Shown piece by piece: positions 12,325-27,769 of a stretch of DNA of 64,000 bases (positions are counted from its first letter, which is position 1; the number at the start of each line of letters is the position of its first letter). Both the position numbers and the translations under genes were made by a program. The stretch lies in contig OZ024751.1 of NCBI GenBank assembly GCA_964016885.1, forward strand, positions 42,780,001 through 42,844,000, read 5' to 3'. Source of the stretch: Eledone cirrhosa (taxonomy: Eukaryota). The notes under the pieces are model-generated. The model worked only from the letters and a program-made list of their open reading frames with translations, ran no database searches and was not told the origin of the DNA.

Positions 12325-12508
12325 CCAGTAAGACCCCGACGGCTGAGCTCAAGCCGTTTCGACGGCTAACTCAGTCCAGAATTAGCCGTCGAAACGGCTT
12401 GAGCTCAGCCGTCGGGGTCTTACTGGTTCCTATTACCCACTCTACTACCCTAAGTATTGAGTACTTTGGTGCGTTATGGTCCACCTGATTCCTTACCATA
12501 TATCTTTC

Positions 12509-12582
<74 letters not shown>

Positions 12583-12772
12583 GAACCAGTAAGACCCCGA
12601 CAGCTGAGCTCAAGCCGTTTCGACGGCTAATTCTGGACAGAATTAGCCGTCGAAACGGCTTGAGCTCAGCTGTCGGGGTCTTACTGGTTCCTATTACCCA
12701 CTCTACTACTTCAAGTATTGAGTACTTTGGTGCGTTATGGTCCACCTGGTTCCTTACCACATTTCCTTCGTT
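12322..12772 (+). mobile_element. two H1 elements (12322-12511, 12581-12772) in one (TA)n array
   Basis: Each has inverted arms of about 55 bp plus a tail of about 80 bp ending TTCGTT(ATA)n. Confidence 0.9.
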
Positions 12773-12961
12773 ATATATAATATATATATATATATATTGT
12801 TCGTGTGTGTATATGTATCTAGCATATGTAAGGGTATATGCAAGAATGTGCGTGTGTGTTTTTGTTGGTGTGTGTTCCTTAAATGTACTTTTGTTTTTAG
12901 CATGAATAACGACTTTGGAGAATAGTTGCTATTTCTAAAATAGAATATAGAATAGGGTTTG

Positions 12962-12999
<38 letters not shown>

Positions 13000-13002
<3 letters not shown>

Positions 13003-13180
13003 TGAGATTGTACAGGACTAGAACTGTTTCATTCTTTAGAAATCATCCTGATGATTTCTAAAGAATGAAACAGTTCTAGTCCGTCCTGTAGAATCTCATC
13101 TATATTAAAGCTTTTATACTCTGCAATGTATTGAGTACCTTAGTTATCGTGGTTACCTCCGATTCAACCCGGAATAACGT
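13000..13180 (+). mobile_element. family H2 hairpin+tail element with HHR core
   Basis: Arms 13000-13046 and 13050-13101; CTGATGA 13048-13054...GAAAC 13067-13071. Same family as 42593-42778. Confidence 0.8.
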
Positions 13181-13345
13181 ATATATATATATATATATGT
13201 GTATATATATATGTGTATATATATGTGTGTATATATTTGTGTGTATATATATGTGTATATATATATATATGTGTGTGTATATATATGTGTATATATATGT
13301 GTGTATATATACGTGTGTATATATATGTGTGTATATATATATAGT

Positions 13346-13376
<31 letters not shown>

Positions 13377-13443
13377 TTATTTTTATTATTATTATTATTC
13401 AATAACACTTATAGATATTGACAATACTTCATTGCGTTGAATC

Positions 13444-13541
<98 letters not shown>

Positions 13542-13799
13542 GTGGGAGGAGAGAGTGCCTGAAATTAGTAAGAAAGAGAGTGGATGAGGGAGAGATTGAG
13601 TCATATAGAGGAGAAATAGGAGCTTTTAATGAAAGAAAAGAAAAGAAATTCGTACATACACACACATAAAAATACACACTTACATACACACACTTACATA
13701 CACACACATACACATACACACATATATATACACACGCACACATATATACATACAGATACATACACACGTACATAAACACATATATACACACGTACACAC

Positions 13800-13858
<59 letters not shown>

Positions 13859-14115
13859 TACATACACACATACACACATACATACACACACATACATATA
13901 TACACACGCACACATATTTACATACAGATACATACACACACACACACACACACAGAGAGAGAAACAAACAGTAAAAAACAAACCCAAACTGTAAACCTTG
14001 GTAAGATGAAAGGAAAGGAGACGCCGTATAATAATATTTCCAATTTCCAATAATTTGAACCTGAACAGATTTTTGAACGTGACGGAAACAATAGCGTGTC
14101 GATTGTATATAAATA

Positions 14116-14150
<35 letters not shown>

Positions 14151-14152
<2 letters not shown>

Positions 14153-14587
14153 GATATTAATAAATGGAAACTATATTTATAAAACCATATTTATTTCATT
14201 ATACATATTTCAGGGATACCATATTAAATTATGGTATGCCTTCATCTTTCTCTCCGTCTTTTTCTAATTGTGCTTAACACTATGACTTATTAAAATAATA
14301 TGAACAAATCACTATCCAGACAGCCTCCAAAAGTAATGGTTGCATTTTAAAAGGGTACGTCAAAGCTATTTGTAAAACTGTTATATATTGTATTTTGTCT
14401 GATGAAGGCATACCATAATTTAATGTGGTATCCCTGAAATATCTATAATGAAATAAATATGGTTTTATAAATATAGTTTCCATTTATTAATATCGTATAT
14501 CTACTCCAAAAACTTGTCGAGTGCTTTATATCAGTTATAAAAATATTTACTTGTTGTATCCCAACAACTTTAAATAGAACTTTTGCA
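14151..14587 (+). mobile_element. family H5 fold-back element
   Basis: 14151-14246 is inverted at 14401-14496; tail 14497-14587 matches the reverse complement of 32845-32930; flanked by TA. Confidence 0.85.
14391..14455 (+). ncRNA. type-I hammerhead ribozyme (family H5)
   Basis: TATTTTGT-CTGATGA-AGGCATACCA..TGGTATCCCT-GAAA-TATCTATA-ATGAAATA. Confidence 0.8.
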
Positions 14588-14608
14588 TATATATATATAT
14601 ATATATAT

Positions 14609-14963
14609 ATTTCGTTTCTGAATTTGTTTAGCAAGATTCTTTATCTGAAAACGTGTGTTGAAACCGATATTGTTATACTTTAGGAGGGTCATGTTGCCAA
14701 TAAGAAACACACGCACCAGTTGATTTCACTTCAATTTATTTTAAATTAAATTTATAAATTGGTTGGTTGGTTCCACAATCAGACGATTGTTCATATATTG
14801 TCAAAGTTTTTTCGTCACACATTCTGTGACCTCTTCAGTGACCGGAGATTATTTTCTTTGTTTTTTGTGCCTCTCCTTTGTTCTGTCCTACGCCATCTTG
14901 TTTTTGTGTGTCACACAACTGGTGCGTGTGTTTCTTATTGGCAACATGACCCTCCCAAAGTAT

Positions 14964-14970
<7 letters not shown>
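14609..14970 (-). mobile_element. family H6 element with a short inverted arm
   Basis: About 14668-14722 is inverted at 14917-14971. Same family as 31968-32232, the 30026-30050 fragment and the diverged 58574-58790. Confidence 0.8.
14800..14842 (-). ncRNA. type-I hammerhead ribozyme (family H6)
   Basis: Minus strand: GTCA-CTGAAGA-GGTCAC AGAATGT GTGAC-GAAA-AAACTT-TGAC. Confidence 0.65.
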
Positions 14971-15017
<47 letters not shown>

Positions 15018-15020
<3 letters not shown>

Positions 15021-15189
15021 ATATTAATAAATGGAAACTATATTTATAAAACCATAATTATTTTATTATATATATTTCAAGGGCAACCAAGGCAGTCTTG
15101 GTGCGCTTTCATCAGATAAAATACTAAATTTGTTTCATAAATATTGACATAACCGTGGAAAACAACCACGACGGTTGAAAGTTCGCTGG

Positions 15190-15193
<4 letters not shown>
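15018..15193 (-). mobile_element. family H5 element (diverged subfamily) with HHR at 15059-15123
   Basis: Minus strand: TATTTTAT-CTGATGA-AAGCGCACCAAG ACTGC CTTGGTTGCCCTT-GAAA-TATATATA-ATAAAATA (perfect 8-bp stem I). Confidence 0.8.
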
Positions 15194-15249
<56 letters not shown>

Positions 15250-15294
15250 GATATACACACACACATATATATATTGTATATTATATATATATAT

Positions 15295-15427
15295 TACGTC
15301 CCTTTACAGTCTGAGTTCAAATCCCGCCGAGGTTAACTTTGCCTTTCATCCTTACGGGGTAGATAAAATAAAGTACCAGTAATGCACTGGGTAATTGCTG
15401 GCCTTGTGCCTAAAGTAGAAACAATTA
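15295..15427 (+). mobile_element. SINE-A, 5'-truncated
   Basis: Matches the other family A copies. Confidence 0.9.
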
Positions 15428-15463
15428 TATATATATATGTATTTCGGAGCACCAATCCTAAAA

Positions 15464-15529
15464 ATCATCTGACGAACGATTGCGGATGTCTCTTGTGTTC
15501 GTCTAGTTCGGGAAACCTCGGGTAATGAT
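15464..15529 (+). ncRNA. type-I hammerhead ribozyme (family H10)
   Basis: ATCAT-CTGACGA-(36-nt stem II region)-GAAA-CCTCGG-GTA-ATGAT. Confidence 0.7.
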
Positions 15530-15570
15530 GTAATTATACTGTGTTGTTATTATACATTAAATATAAATAA

Positions 15571-15756
15571 AGGGCGGTGTATTGGCAGTATCGGTAGCGG
15601 GTCGGACGCCATGCTTTCCAGCATAGTTATGTCCCTTTACGATCTGAGTTTAAATCCCGCCGAGGTTGACTTTGCCTTTCATCCTTACGGGGTAGATAAA
15701 ATAAAGTACCAGTAATGCACTGGGTAATTGCTGGTCTTGTGCCTAAAGTAGAAACA
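15571..15756 (+). mobile_element. full-length SINE-A inserted in the H10 tail
   Basis: A box TGGCAGTATCGG and B box GAGTTTAAATCC. 20-bp TSD GTTATTATACATTAAATATA at 15546-15565 and 15757-15776. Confidence 0.9.
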
Positions 15757-15768
15757 GTTATTATACAT

Positions 15769-15833
<65 letters not shown>

Positions 15834-16201
15834 TATTATTATTTATATATATATATATTTATATTTATATAAATATATATATATTTATATAAATATAAAT
15901 ATATATATATCTAAATTATTATTTATATATATATATATTTATATTTATATAAATATATATATATTTATATAGATTTATTTCAAAAACAAACAACAAACAG
16001 AGGTACAAAAAGTCTTATTAGTTACACGCTTCATATGGAAAGCTCGACATGTTGAGTTTATATACACATCACCTCAATAAATATAATGAACATTTGACAC
16101 CTTGTCTATATTTTCATTATTGTATATATGTGTGTATATATATGATATATATATATGGTTATATATATATGTATATATATATATATATATTAGTATATGA
16201 T

Positions 16202-16291
<90 letters not shown>

Positions 16292-16312
16292 TGTATGCAT
16301 ATATGTATATAC

Positions 16313-16438
<126 letters not shown>

Positions 16439-16493
16439 TTCAGGTCGGTTATTTATTAAAAGCTGTCTTCTTGTAACAACTAACAACGTACAC

Positions 16494-16529
<36 letters not shown>

Positions 16530-16542
16530 ACACACACACACG

Positions 16543-16574
<32 letters not shown>

Positions 16575-16589
16575 ATATATATATGTATA

Positions 16590-16930
16590 CTGTATTAAAG
16601 AAGTGTTTAAGCAACTACCTTCCGAATCGTAATGTCCCAAGTTCGATTACATTGCGCGGCGTCATTGTCAAACATGATTTACCAAACCGTCAGCAGGATC
16701 CAATCACATTGGGTAGCGGGAAAACTGTGTGGAGCGCCATAGGATTGACTGCACCTGTAATTTAAAGGGCAAGGGCCTTGTCTCACACTAGCTCGAACTG
16801 AATCTCCCTGAGAATGACTTTAAGACTACACGAGTCCGTGGAATACTCAGCCACTTTCGGGTTAATTCTTTGAACATGCAGTTCCGTTGATCGAAAACTC
16901 GGACACTCATTGTCGCAGCCGACGGAGGTT
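16590..16930 (+). mobile_element. old tRNA-derived SINE (second group)
   Basis: Degenerate B box (AAGTTCGATTAC) and 3' domain CTGAATCTCCCTGAGAA...GTTCCGTTGATCG...CCGACGGAG. Related fragments near 10590-10680 and 18530-18605. Confidence 0.55.
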
Positions 16931-17034
16931 CATTCCGTTTCCACTCGAATTAGTGGCAATCTGCTCCAATATACGTGACTAGGCTGAAAAGGGAGTGATG
17001 CTAGAGCTGTGAATATATATATATATATATAAAG

Positions 17035-17107
17035 ATTCCTTCTGATGAGCGATATTAGACGTTTCTGTTAAAATCGTCTAACTTCGTGAAGCCTTGGGTA
17101 ATGGAAT
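17035..17107 (+). ncRNA. degenerate hammerhead (H10-related, GAAG instead of GAAA)
   Basis: ATTCCTT-CTGATGA-GCGATATTAGACG..CGTCTAACTTCGT-GAAG-CCTTGG-GTA-ATGGAAT. Its 3' flank resembles 15525-15550. Confidence 0.55.
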
Positions 17108-17124
17108 AATTATATTGTATTGTT

Positions 17125-17259
<135 letters not shown>

Positions 17260-17290
17260 AACAAACACACCTACATATATATATATATAT

Positions 17291-17442
17291 AACGAAGGAG
17301 GTGTGGTAAGGAACCAGATCGACCATAACGCACCAGCGTACTCAATACTTAGGGTAGTAGAGAGGGTAATAGGAAAATGTTTAACTCCAGAAATAGCCGT
17401 CGAAACGGCTTGAGCTCTGCCATCGGGGTTAAACATTTGCCT
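17291..17442 (-). mobile_element. H1 element with an internal deletion in one arm
   Basis: H1 tail plus AGGAAAATGTTTAAC...GTTAAACATTTGCCT termini. Confidence 0.85.
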
Positions 17443-17469
17443 ATATATATATATATATACATATATACA

Positions 17470-18160
17470 TAGTATTAAGGATACTATTTATGGTTATGTA
17501 TATATTAAAACTTTTTATAGTTATGTATATTTTAAACCCTAAACAGTGAAAGACAGTAATTTATTACTACCTTATTACCAGTAAGATAAATAGCTCAATG
17601 TAATAACATCAGTTGTTTTACAGAGCAGTTATATAGAATTCACAGGAATCAAAGCTATGTTCAAAGCATTTATTCGCTTACAATTGTTTCATCCAAACCT
17701 AGGCTTGGCGTCTTCGGAGCATTTTTCAATGTTTGTACACATACATGACCTCCTTTCCAACGCAGGAGACATACAGATACATATGTATATATTGATGTAC
17801 AGTGGGGTGACATATATTATATTATTTCTGAATGACAATTTAAGTTCAAAAACAAAATCACATTAAAACAGAATCAAAGCACAACAAAAATTAAAATACA
17901 ATATCAATGCAAAATTAATGATGTTGTATTTTAATTTTTGTTGTGCTTTGATTCTGTTTTAATGTGATTTTGTTTTTGAACTTAAATTGCCATTCATGTA
18001 CATCAATATATACATATGTATCTGTATGTCTCTTGCGTTGGAAAGGAGGCCATGTATGTGTACAAACATTGAAAAATGCTCCGAAGACACCAAGCCTCGG
18101 TTTGGATGAAACAATTGTAAGCGAATAAATGGTTTGAACATAGCTTTGATTCCTGTGTAT
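17470..18160. mobile_element. family H8 fold-back element with an HHR on each arm
   Basis: 17641-17901 is inverted at 17924-18157 with several mismatches and an indel. HHR at 18077-18123 (+): TGCT-CCGAAGA-CACCAAGC CTCG GTTTGGAT-GAAA-CAATTG-TA-AGCG-AATAAA; mirror at 17675-17721 (-). Confidence 0.8.
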
Positions 18161-18192
<32 letters not shown>

Positions 18193-18228
18193 CACACACA
18201 CACATATATATATAATATAAGATCAAAA

Positions 18229-18337
18229 GATGGTTAAAAGAGTTCCAAGTATTTTATTATGCGCATTTCAAAAACAAATATCATCATGGGATGATATCTG
18301 CGTTCTCATCGGATAAAATAGGGATACATGATATGAA
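18229..18337 (-). ncRNA. hammerhead-bearing element H9 (HHR 18250-18320, CCGA core)
   Basis: Minus strand: TATTTTAT-CCGATGA-GAACGCAGATATCATC CCAT GATGATATTTGTTTTT-GAAA-TGCGCA-TA-ATAAAATA. Confidence 0.7.
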
Positions 18338-18980
18338 GCTTAAAAAACACTTGTGAATAGTGAAGTTTTAAATCAACATATGAAAAATAATTTAAGATTG
18401 ATGTATGAGATTGGGAAAAAGTGAGGGGGGGGGGGTGGAAAAGGTAAGGAAAAGGAGGAGATGAGAGTATATATATATATATATACAGACGTAATCATTC
18501 AGCTATGTTTGTTTGTTTTATTGGTTTTACACGTTAATTACCACGAACAAGCGTGTCCATTAATCGAACTAGAGAAACACTCATCGTCGACTCCGACGAC
18601 AGTCCACCGTCATTTAAACTAAGTCTTCGTTCATGATACATCTTCTTAAAGTTTATATTTTTAACATTTCTATTTTCATTGTCTGTATTTTTTATGGTTA
18701 ACGCTTCTTAGTTGTTTGACTTCTGACTTTTAAGTTTTCTATTTCTATGTCAGATATTTTATTGATTTTTCAACGTGTATCTTTTGGAATTAGTTCATTT
18801 GTTGAGGTTAAAAGGTCACATCATGTTCAGAGTTTAATGGTATATACCAGTAATCTATTGGGAATTAAATAAATTAATACGATTTTAAATACACCTTTGT
18901 GAGCGCCTCATTGTAGGAATTAATATTTCTTTATCCATCTACCGGTTTATTTAAAAGTATATATGTATGTGTGTGTTTCT

Positions 18981-19058
<78 letters not shown>

Positions 19059-19146
19059 TATTTATATATATATTTATATGTATATATATATGCATATATT
19101 TATATTTGTATATATTTATATATGTATATGTATGTATATATTTATA

Positions 19147-19231
<85 letters not shown>

Positions 19232-19707
19232 TTATATATATATATATACATTTATATATATATACATGAATATATATATATATATGTATATTCATATGTA
19301 TATTTATAAGCATATAATGGAAATTTCTGTGTAAAGATCACACGCAACAACAATATATAAAGATCAGCTAACTACCCGATTAATAATATGGAAATGTGGT
19401 TTAACTCTTTCGTGGTGTACCAAATGACATGCAATAAATATGGCGGATCATGCACTGTCAGCAAAACCACACATCTGGATTAAAACATATTTCTACACCA
19501 GCGCTTCCCCCTTTAAAGAACATCTATAGAAACAACCCCATCTAAAAATTCACCAACGAAACATCGGATTTATTTAATTTAAGAACCAATTTAAGAAGCA
19601 ATACTCAGCAATAGGTTAAATACCACAAAATTTAGAACAATATAAATGAAGGTCATGTGACTAGCTATTAACAAGCATAATATATATACATGCACACGCA
19701 CTCATAC

Positions 19708-19742
<35 letters not shown>

Positions 19743-19779
19743 TGTATATGTATATATTTATTTCTATATATATTTATAT

Positions 19780-19838
<59 letters not shown>

Positions 19839-19907
19839 AATATGTATGTATTTATATGTATATATATGTATATAATGGAAATTTCTTTGTAAAGATGTCC
19901 CCAAACG

Positions 19908-20011
<104 letters not shown>

Positions 20012-20080
20012 AATATGTATGTATTTATATGTATATATATGTATATAATGGAAATTTCTTTGTAAAGATGTCCCCAAACG

Positions 20081-20190
<110 letters not shown>

Positions 20191-20762
20191 TATATATATA
20201 CATATATGAATATAATGTGAAATTATATATATATAAACATACACATAAATACATACATACGTGCGCATGTACGTTCGACGTATTTGATAAAATAGATTTT
20301 AAACCGATGCCACTCAAATCTAGAAATACGTTTTATGTGGGAACCTTGCTGCGGCTTGAACATTAAATGAAGAAGAGAGCAAAGCAGGTTTAACATGATG
20401 GATGGTTTATCGATAATATCTGCTGGTTGAGATCGTCTCTTTCTGATCATTGATAACATGGATTTAAAAGATCAATATTTCATATTACACACACATACAT
20501 ACATACATACATACATACATACATACATACATACATACATACATACATACATACATACATACACACACGCACATTTATTTATACACGTATATAACTACAT
20601 AGACACACACTACACGTACACAAAGGCACAAAGACACAAACACAGTGACAGACACACATTCATATATGCACACGTATAGATAATAATAATAATAATAATA
20701 ATATATATATATATATATATACATTATATATATATATATATATATATAGCGAGAGAGAGAGC

Positions 20763-20832
<70 letters not shown>

Positions 20833-20846
20833 TATATATATATGCC

Positions 20847-20882
<36 letters not shown>

Positions 20883-21064
20883 TATATACATATATATATA
20901 CACACATATATGAATATAATGTGAAAATATATATATAAACATACACATAAATACATACATACGTGCGCATGTACGTTCGACGTATTTGATAAAATAGACA
21001 TTATACACATTATATATATATATACACATTATACACATTATATATATATATATTTATATATTTG

Positions 21065-21116
<52 letters not shown>

Positions 21117-21134
21117 TACATATATATATATACA

Positions 21135-21266
<132 letters not shown>

Positions 21267-21487
21267 GACACACATGTGCATGCATGTATGCACAATAACC
21301 ACCAGAAGCAGTGCACTCATGCAGTTATTTTTCTCCCTCGCTCGCGTGGAAAAGAAGTTCTGACTCCACTGAACATGTTGCATGTGCATAGAATTACATT
21401 TTTAGTTTTGCTGGTCCAATAATGTATATATGTACACACACACACACACACTCACACATATATATATATATATATGAGTGTTTGTGC

Positions 21488-21546
<59 letters not shown>

Positions 21547-21569
21547 TATATATATATATATATACATAT

Positions 21570-21635
<66 letters not shown>

Positions 21636-21679
21636 GAGTGTTTGTGCGTATATATATATATATATATATATATATGTAA

Positions 21680-21724
<45 letters not shown>

Positions 21725-21767
21725 TATACATATATATATATATATACACACATATATATATACATAT

Positions 21768-21831
<64 letters not shown>

Positions 21832-22608
21832 GATAAGAATAAGAATTTGAAAATAACAAAAGTTTGAAAAAGCACCAAATGTTTTTATATCCACGCAACG
21901 CTTAAAATAAACCAAAAGAAATTAATTCATACACAAAATAAAATACAGTTTTCTTTTTAAATATATAGGTAGGCTTCCATAAGTAGTCATGCTTATCACA
22001 ATAGCCTTTGCCCAAACTGGTTTCGCTGAGTGACTTTTCAAAGTTTCATTTTGATTTGTGTTGAATATATATTCATATTACTACATGTGATGTTGAAATT
22101 GTATCCTCCAAGGTTGTATTTGTTTTTGTCGCTTATGTTTTTGATAAAACAACGCATGCCTCTGTTTGTATATTTTTCGCTTATAACAAAGAAAATTCAA
22201 CCCTGGTTTGATTACGTCTTAAAAATTAAGTGTATAATGAATTGACATTCGGTTGAAACTTACTTCAGAAAAATCTTTCGATGGTGGTGCATTTTTGCAC
22301 AGTTGTCGAGTAGTTGTATTGATAGAATGGGAAAACATTGAAATTTCGCAAAATTCGTCCTTCGCAATCATCGATATGTTGGTTAAAAGGAATCTGTCTG
22401 GTGTACAGATCCAAAATTATTTGACGAGGAACTGTCATCTTTTATGTGAGTGTCAGGCTTGTTTGACTAAAGTTCAGAAATATTTGTATCTATCTAACAC
22501 ACACACACCTATATATATATATATATGTAATTATATATCCCTTCCATATACTGTACCGATTGTTTTGTTATTTCTGTTAACCTTTTACATACATACACAC
22601 ACACACAC

Positions 22609-22654
<46 letters not shown>

Positions 22655-22971
22655 TAATTATCAATAAAGACAGAGTTATTCCACATTTCAAACAAACAAA
22701 CATACAGTCAGTTTATAACAAATATGATTGTTCTATGGCTGAAAACAGCTGCCTCTATGTTATATCATATATCCTTTATCTTATATCAAACGCCATTCAC
22801 AAACTAATATATGTAATACAAAACTCTTTACCCATGCACACACATCATAATCATACTCATGTGGAGTCGCATACATACACTTCTATCTCGACATATAAAC
22901 ACAGACATACACACACAGACAGACATTCATATGTATATATATATATATATATCTATATATCTATATATATC

Positions 22972-23016
<45 letters not shown>

Positions 23017-23175
23017 GTCTATATATATATGTATATATATATATATATGTATATATATGTGTATATATATATATATATTTATGTCTATATATATATGTAT
23101 ATATATATATGTATATATATGTATATATATATACATATGTATATATATATGTATATATATGTACATATGTATATA

Positions 23176-23242
<67 letters not shown>

Positions 23243-23415
23243 CTATATATATATGTATATATATATATATATATATGTATATGTATATATATATATATGT
23301 ATATATATGTGTATATATATATATGTATGTATATATGTATATATATATATATGTATGTGTATATATATATATATATACATATCTATCTGTCTATATGTAC
23401 AAATATATACATACA

Positions 23416-23475
<60 letters not shown>

Positions 23476-23831
23476 CATCTATCTATCTATATGGACATAT
23501 ATATATATAATTATAAATAATATATACACTCATCCATCCATCCATACATAGATACATACATACATACAAGAGTAAAAAAAATGAATGACAGAGAAGCTTC
23601 TAGAAAGAGACAAAACCCAGGAACGCAAACAACAACAACAACAACAACAACACTATTTGCTATCACCCTTCATTTCTATCTCTTTTATTTCCTACCAAAT
23701 TGTGTTGGAGGAATCTTACTGAGAGTTTCCTATTGTTGTTATACAGAACTATAATAATAAACTACATTACTTAAACAGTAACAGCACGAAGAGTCCATTA
23801 AAAACATCGCCAATCCAGAACAACCATGAAT

Positions 23832-23897
<66 letters not shown>

Positions 23898-23931
23898 GTG
23901 TGTGTGTGCGTGATGTGCCTGTGTATGCATA

Positions 23932-23990
<59 letters not shown>

Positions 23991-24064
23991 ATGTCTGTGT
24001 GTCTGGGTATGTGTGTGTGTATGTGTGTACGTGTTACTGTTTAAGTATTGTAGTTTATTATTAT

Positions 24065-24156
<92 letters not shown>

Positions 24157-24158
24157 TG

Positions 24159-24198
<40 letters not shown>

Positions 24199-24242
24199 TA
24201 CACATACAAACACGCAGAATATATATATATATACATATATAC

Positions 24243-24309
<67 letters not shown>

Positions 24310-24668
24310 TGCGCGTCTGTATGTGTATAACTATATATATATATATATATACATATATATATGTGTATATATATATATATATATATACACATATATATAT
24401 GTATATATATATATATATAGTTATACACATACAAACACGCAGAATATATATATATATATATATACATATATACATAAATATATATATATATATATATTGG
24501 TGCGCGTCTGTATGTGTATAACTATATATATATATATATATATATACATATATACACCAGCTGGTGCACAATAAGGCATTATACTGTATTTCTGAGATTG
24601 TTTCATGTACGAATTAGAAATAAAATTAATAATAATAATATCAATAATTTCTGTTATAGAAATGATGA

Positions 24669-24669
<1 letters not shown>

Positions 24670-24710
<41 letters not shown>

Positions 24711-24863
24711 CAGTAGCAGTAGTAGTAGTATTGGTAGTAGTAGTAGTAGTAGTGCTAGTATTGGTAGTAGTAGTAGTAGTATTGGTAGTAGTAGTAGTAG
24801 TAATAGTATTGGTGGTAGTAATAGTAGTAGTAGTAGTAGTAGTAATAGTATTGGTGGTAGTAA

Positions 24864-24898
<35 letters not shown>

Positions 24899-24905
24899 AT
24901 AGTAT

Positions 24906-24950
<45 letters not shown>

Positions 24951-25173
24951 CAGGAGTAGTAGTAGTAGTAGTAGCAGTAGTAGTAGTATTGGTAGTAGTA
25001 GTAGTAGTATTGGTAGTAGTAGTAGTAGTAGTAGTAGTAGCAGCACCAGGAGTAGTAGTAGTAGTAGCAGTAGTAGTAGTATTGGTAGTAGTAGTAGTAG
25101 TATTGGTAGTAGTAGTAGCAGTAGTAGCAGTAGTAGTAGCAGCAGCAGTATTAGCAGTAGTAGTAGTAGTAGC

Positions 25174-25207
<34 letters not shown>

Positions 25208-25315
25208 ATAGTAGTAGTAGTAGTATCAGTAGTAGTAGTATTGGTAGTAGTAGTAGTAGTAGTAGTAGTAGCAGCAGCAGTAGTAGTAGTAGTAGTAGCA
25301 GTAGTAGTAGTAGTG
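24670..25315. repeat. (AGT)n tract with ATTGGT variants
   Basis: Direct inspection. Confidence 0.95.
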
Positions 25316-25472
25316 ATTACTTACAACGCCATAACAATAACTCGAGATTTATGACGGCAAATACATTAGAAACGTAACGACAGCTGCATTATACAAAAGC
25401 CGGAAAATAATAACATTCTTACATATATACATATATATATACATATATATATATGTATATACATATATATAC

Positions 25473-25555
<83 letters not shown>

Positions 25556-25556
25556 C

Positions 25557-25670
<114 letters not shown>

Positions 25671-25746
25671 ATATACATGAGTAATAAATATATAATATAA
25701 TATTGTAAACATATGTATGTATCAATATATATTATATATGTCATAT

Positions 25747-25789
<43 letters not shown>

Positions 25790-26578
25790 AGTATACACAC
25801 ACATTCACAGACTCTCTCTCTCACACACACACACACATATATATACATACACACATATATATATATATATAATATATATTTATATACATACACATCTACT
25901 AAGAGTTATGTTAGGCACAGCACTTTATGTGAAATTCCTAAGTTCCTATATTCTTTCTACGATGTTAGATATATATTCTATTGTATCTTCTACATATTAT
26001 TTCTCATAAAGTTCCATGTCTTTTACATTTACATTTCTGATGTATGTTATACATGAGATTTGTAGAAGAAACTACCAAGAATCGATATAGTTATCCATCA
26101 GGTACATGACGACCATCACTCTAGGATATCATTGAAGATATATTTGAGTTCGGGATCGGCTTATATGTGGTGAAATCTTTGTCGAATCTACGAGTAAAAT
26201 CTCTCTCTGTAAGATCAGAAATGACAACAAAAATCTAATTTAAAAGCAATTTATGGCGACGAGTATTTTAGTAGCAATTACAGCATGGTAAAATAATTTT
26301 AGCCCTTCGAAAATATACAAAAACTGTTAAATTTATATTTATCATGCATTTCTAAATGTCAAACGTTTTCATTAACATTTTCTTTGTTGAGTTGCAATGG
26401 AACTGTATCAGTGACCAGGTCGCAAAAAATGCAACGAAAATGTTGACACCAAAAAATAAAAAAGATTAATATAAAGTAAAATTATAATCTCTTTTGTGTA
26501 TTTCTGAACGGCTAAAATGATTTTCCTGCGTTTTATTTGCTTCTGTTTTAACACAATTTCAGTCCAAAAGCATAATAA

Positions 26579-26768
26579 TAATTGTTTCTACTTTAGACAC
26601 AAGGCCAGCAAATACCCAGTACATTACTGGTACTTTATTTTATCGACACCGTAAGGATGAAAAGCAAAGTTAACCTCGGCGGGATTTGAACTCAGACTGT
26701 AAAGAGACGTAACTATGCTAGAAAGCATGGCGTCCAACCCTCAACCGATACTGCCAATTCACCGCCCT
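26579..26768 (-). mobile_element. full-length SINE-A
   Basis: Reverse complement of the family A sequence; CATAATAATA on both flanks. Confidence 0.9.
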
Positions 26769-27769
26769 TAAAAACATAATAATAATAATATCCGAAATCA
26801 CATCACGTAGTTATAGCAGCAAATATATGTATATCACAGTAAAAATAAATGAGCAACACTTTTAAGGATGAGTCTCTGAGGTTCTGGAAACGTTGTGAAT
26901 CAAGGAATTTTGTTGTTCTAAACGAACTGAAGAAGCCATATTTGAAAATCCGAGAGAGATTCTGATAAATAAATAGTAGCTGGAAAGTATTCTTATCTTC
27001 AAAAATATTTATAGGGAAGCCCTAAAGAAAGTGTGCATCTTTAGTGTGCATTTTTAGTGTCATTTCAAACTAAGTGTACATCTTTAGTGTAGCTGTACAT
27101 TTCAAACTAATGAGCGGACCTCTACTTAGCTAGAAATATCATTTCAATAACATTTATAGGGAAACCATAAAAATGTGTTATATATAGCTGTACATCTTCC
27201 TGGCACCTCTTCCTGGTCGATGTATTGCTAGAAATACCAGTTAGATTTCCCTCCTATCACAATGTTACCGCCTTGTAGATGAAAAGAGACATTAGATAAT
27301 ATGCTCCTAATTGCATTATTTAGAATATAAAAACAAAACCAAGCACCTCTACCTTTCTCTCTCTCTCCCCCTCCCTCTGTCTCCCCCCTCTCTCTCACAC
27401 ACACTCATAGACTGTCACACAGACAGATAGACACTCACTCATCTTGAACGTCTCCGTTTTCGTAAGGAGTATATCACAACTTTAAACACCTTTTGTATTC
27501 AACATTGACCCATCTACTTTCACCATTGGTCTTTCTCGCTTACAACAAACACAACAACGTCACTAAATATATATATTATATGTTTATATTTGAAAATATA
27601 TAAATATATATTTTACCCCAAACTCTCCAAACACTATCAAAGCTGTCACTTGACTAGATGTATATTTGTTTTTCCTGAAAGCATGTCCAATCTTTGTGAA
27701 CATGAAATGCTATCACGTGAGTAGGTCTGCGTTTCTGCAATTAGCCGTGCATTATATATTCTTTGTGGA

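Noticed and set aside
12322-12772. H1 repeats as a CRISPR array or bacterial REP/terminator
   Set aside because: Eukaryotic context; the copies are dispersed, with no unique spacers and no cas genes.
22300-22440. Possible mariner N-terminal relic (AIIDMLVKRNLSGVQIQNYL)
   Set aside because: Similarity is too weak and no TIR was found.
26121-26206. Minus-strand candidate exon after a strong acceptor (TTTCTGATCTTACAG)
   Set aside because: All frames close within 30 codons and there is no homology.
27682-27716. 35-nt candidate exon (AG|CATGTCC...TCAC|GTGAGT)
   Set aside because: The splice signals are plausible, but it is too short to assess and has no partner exon or homology.
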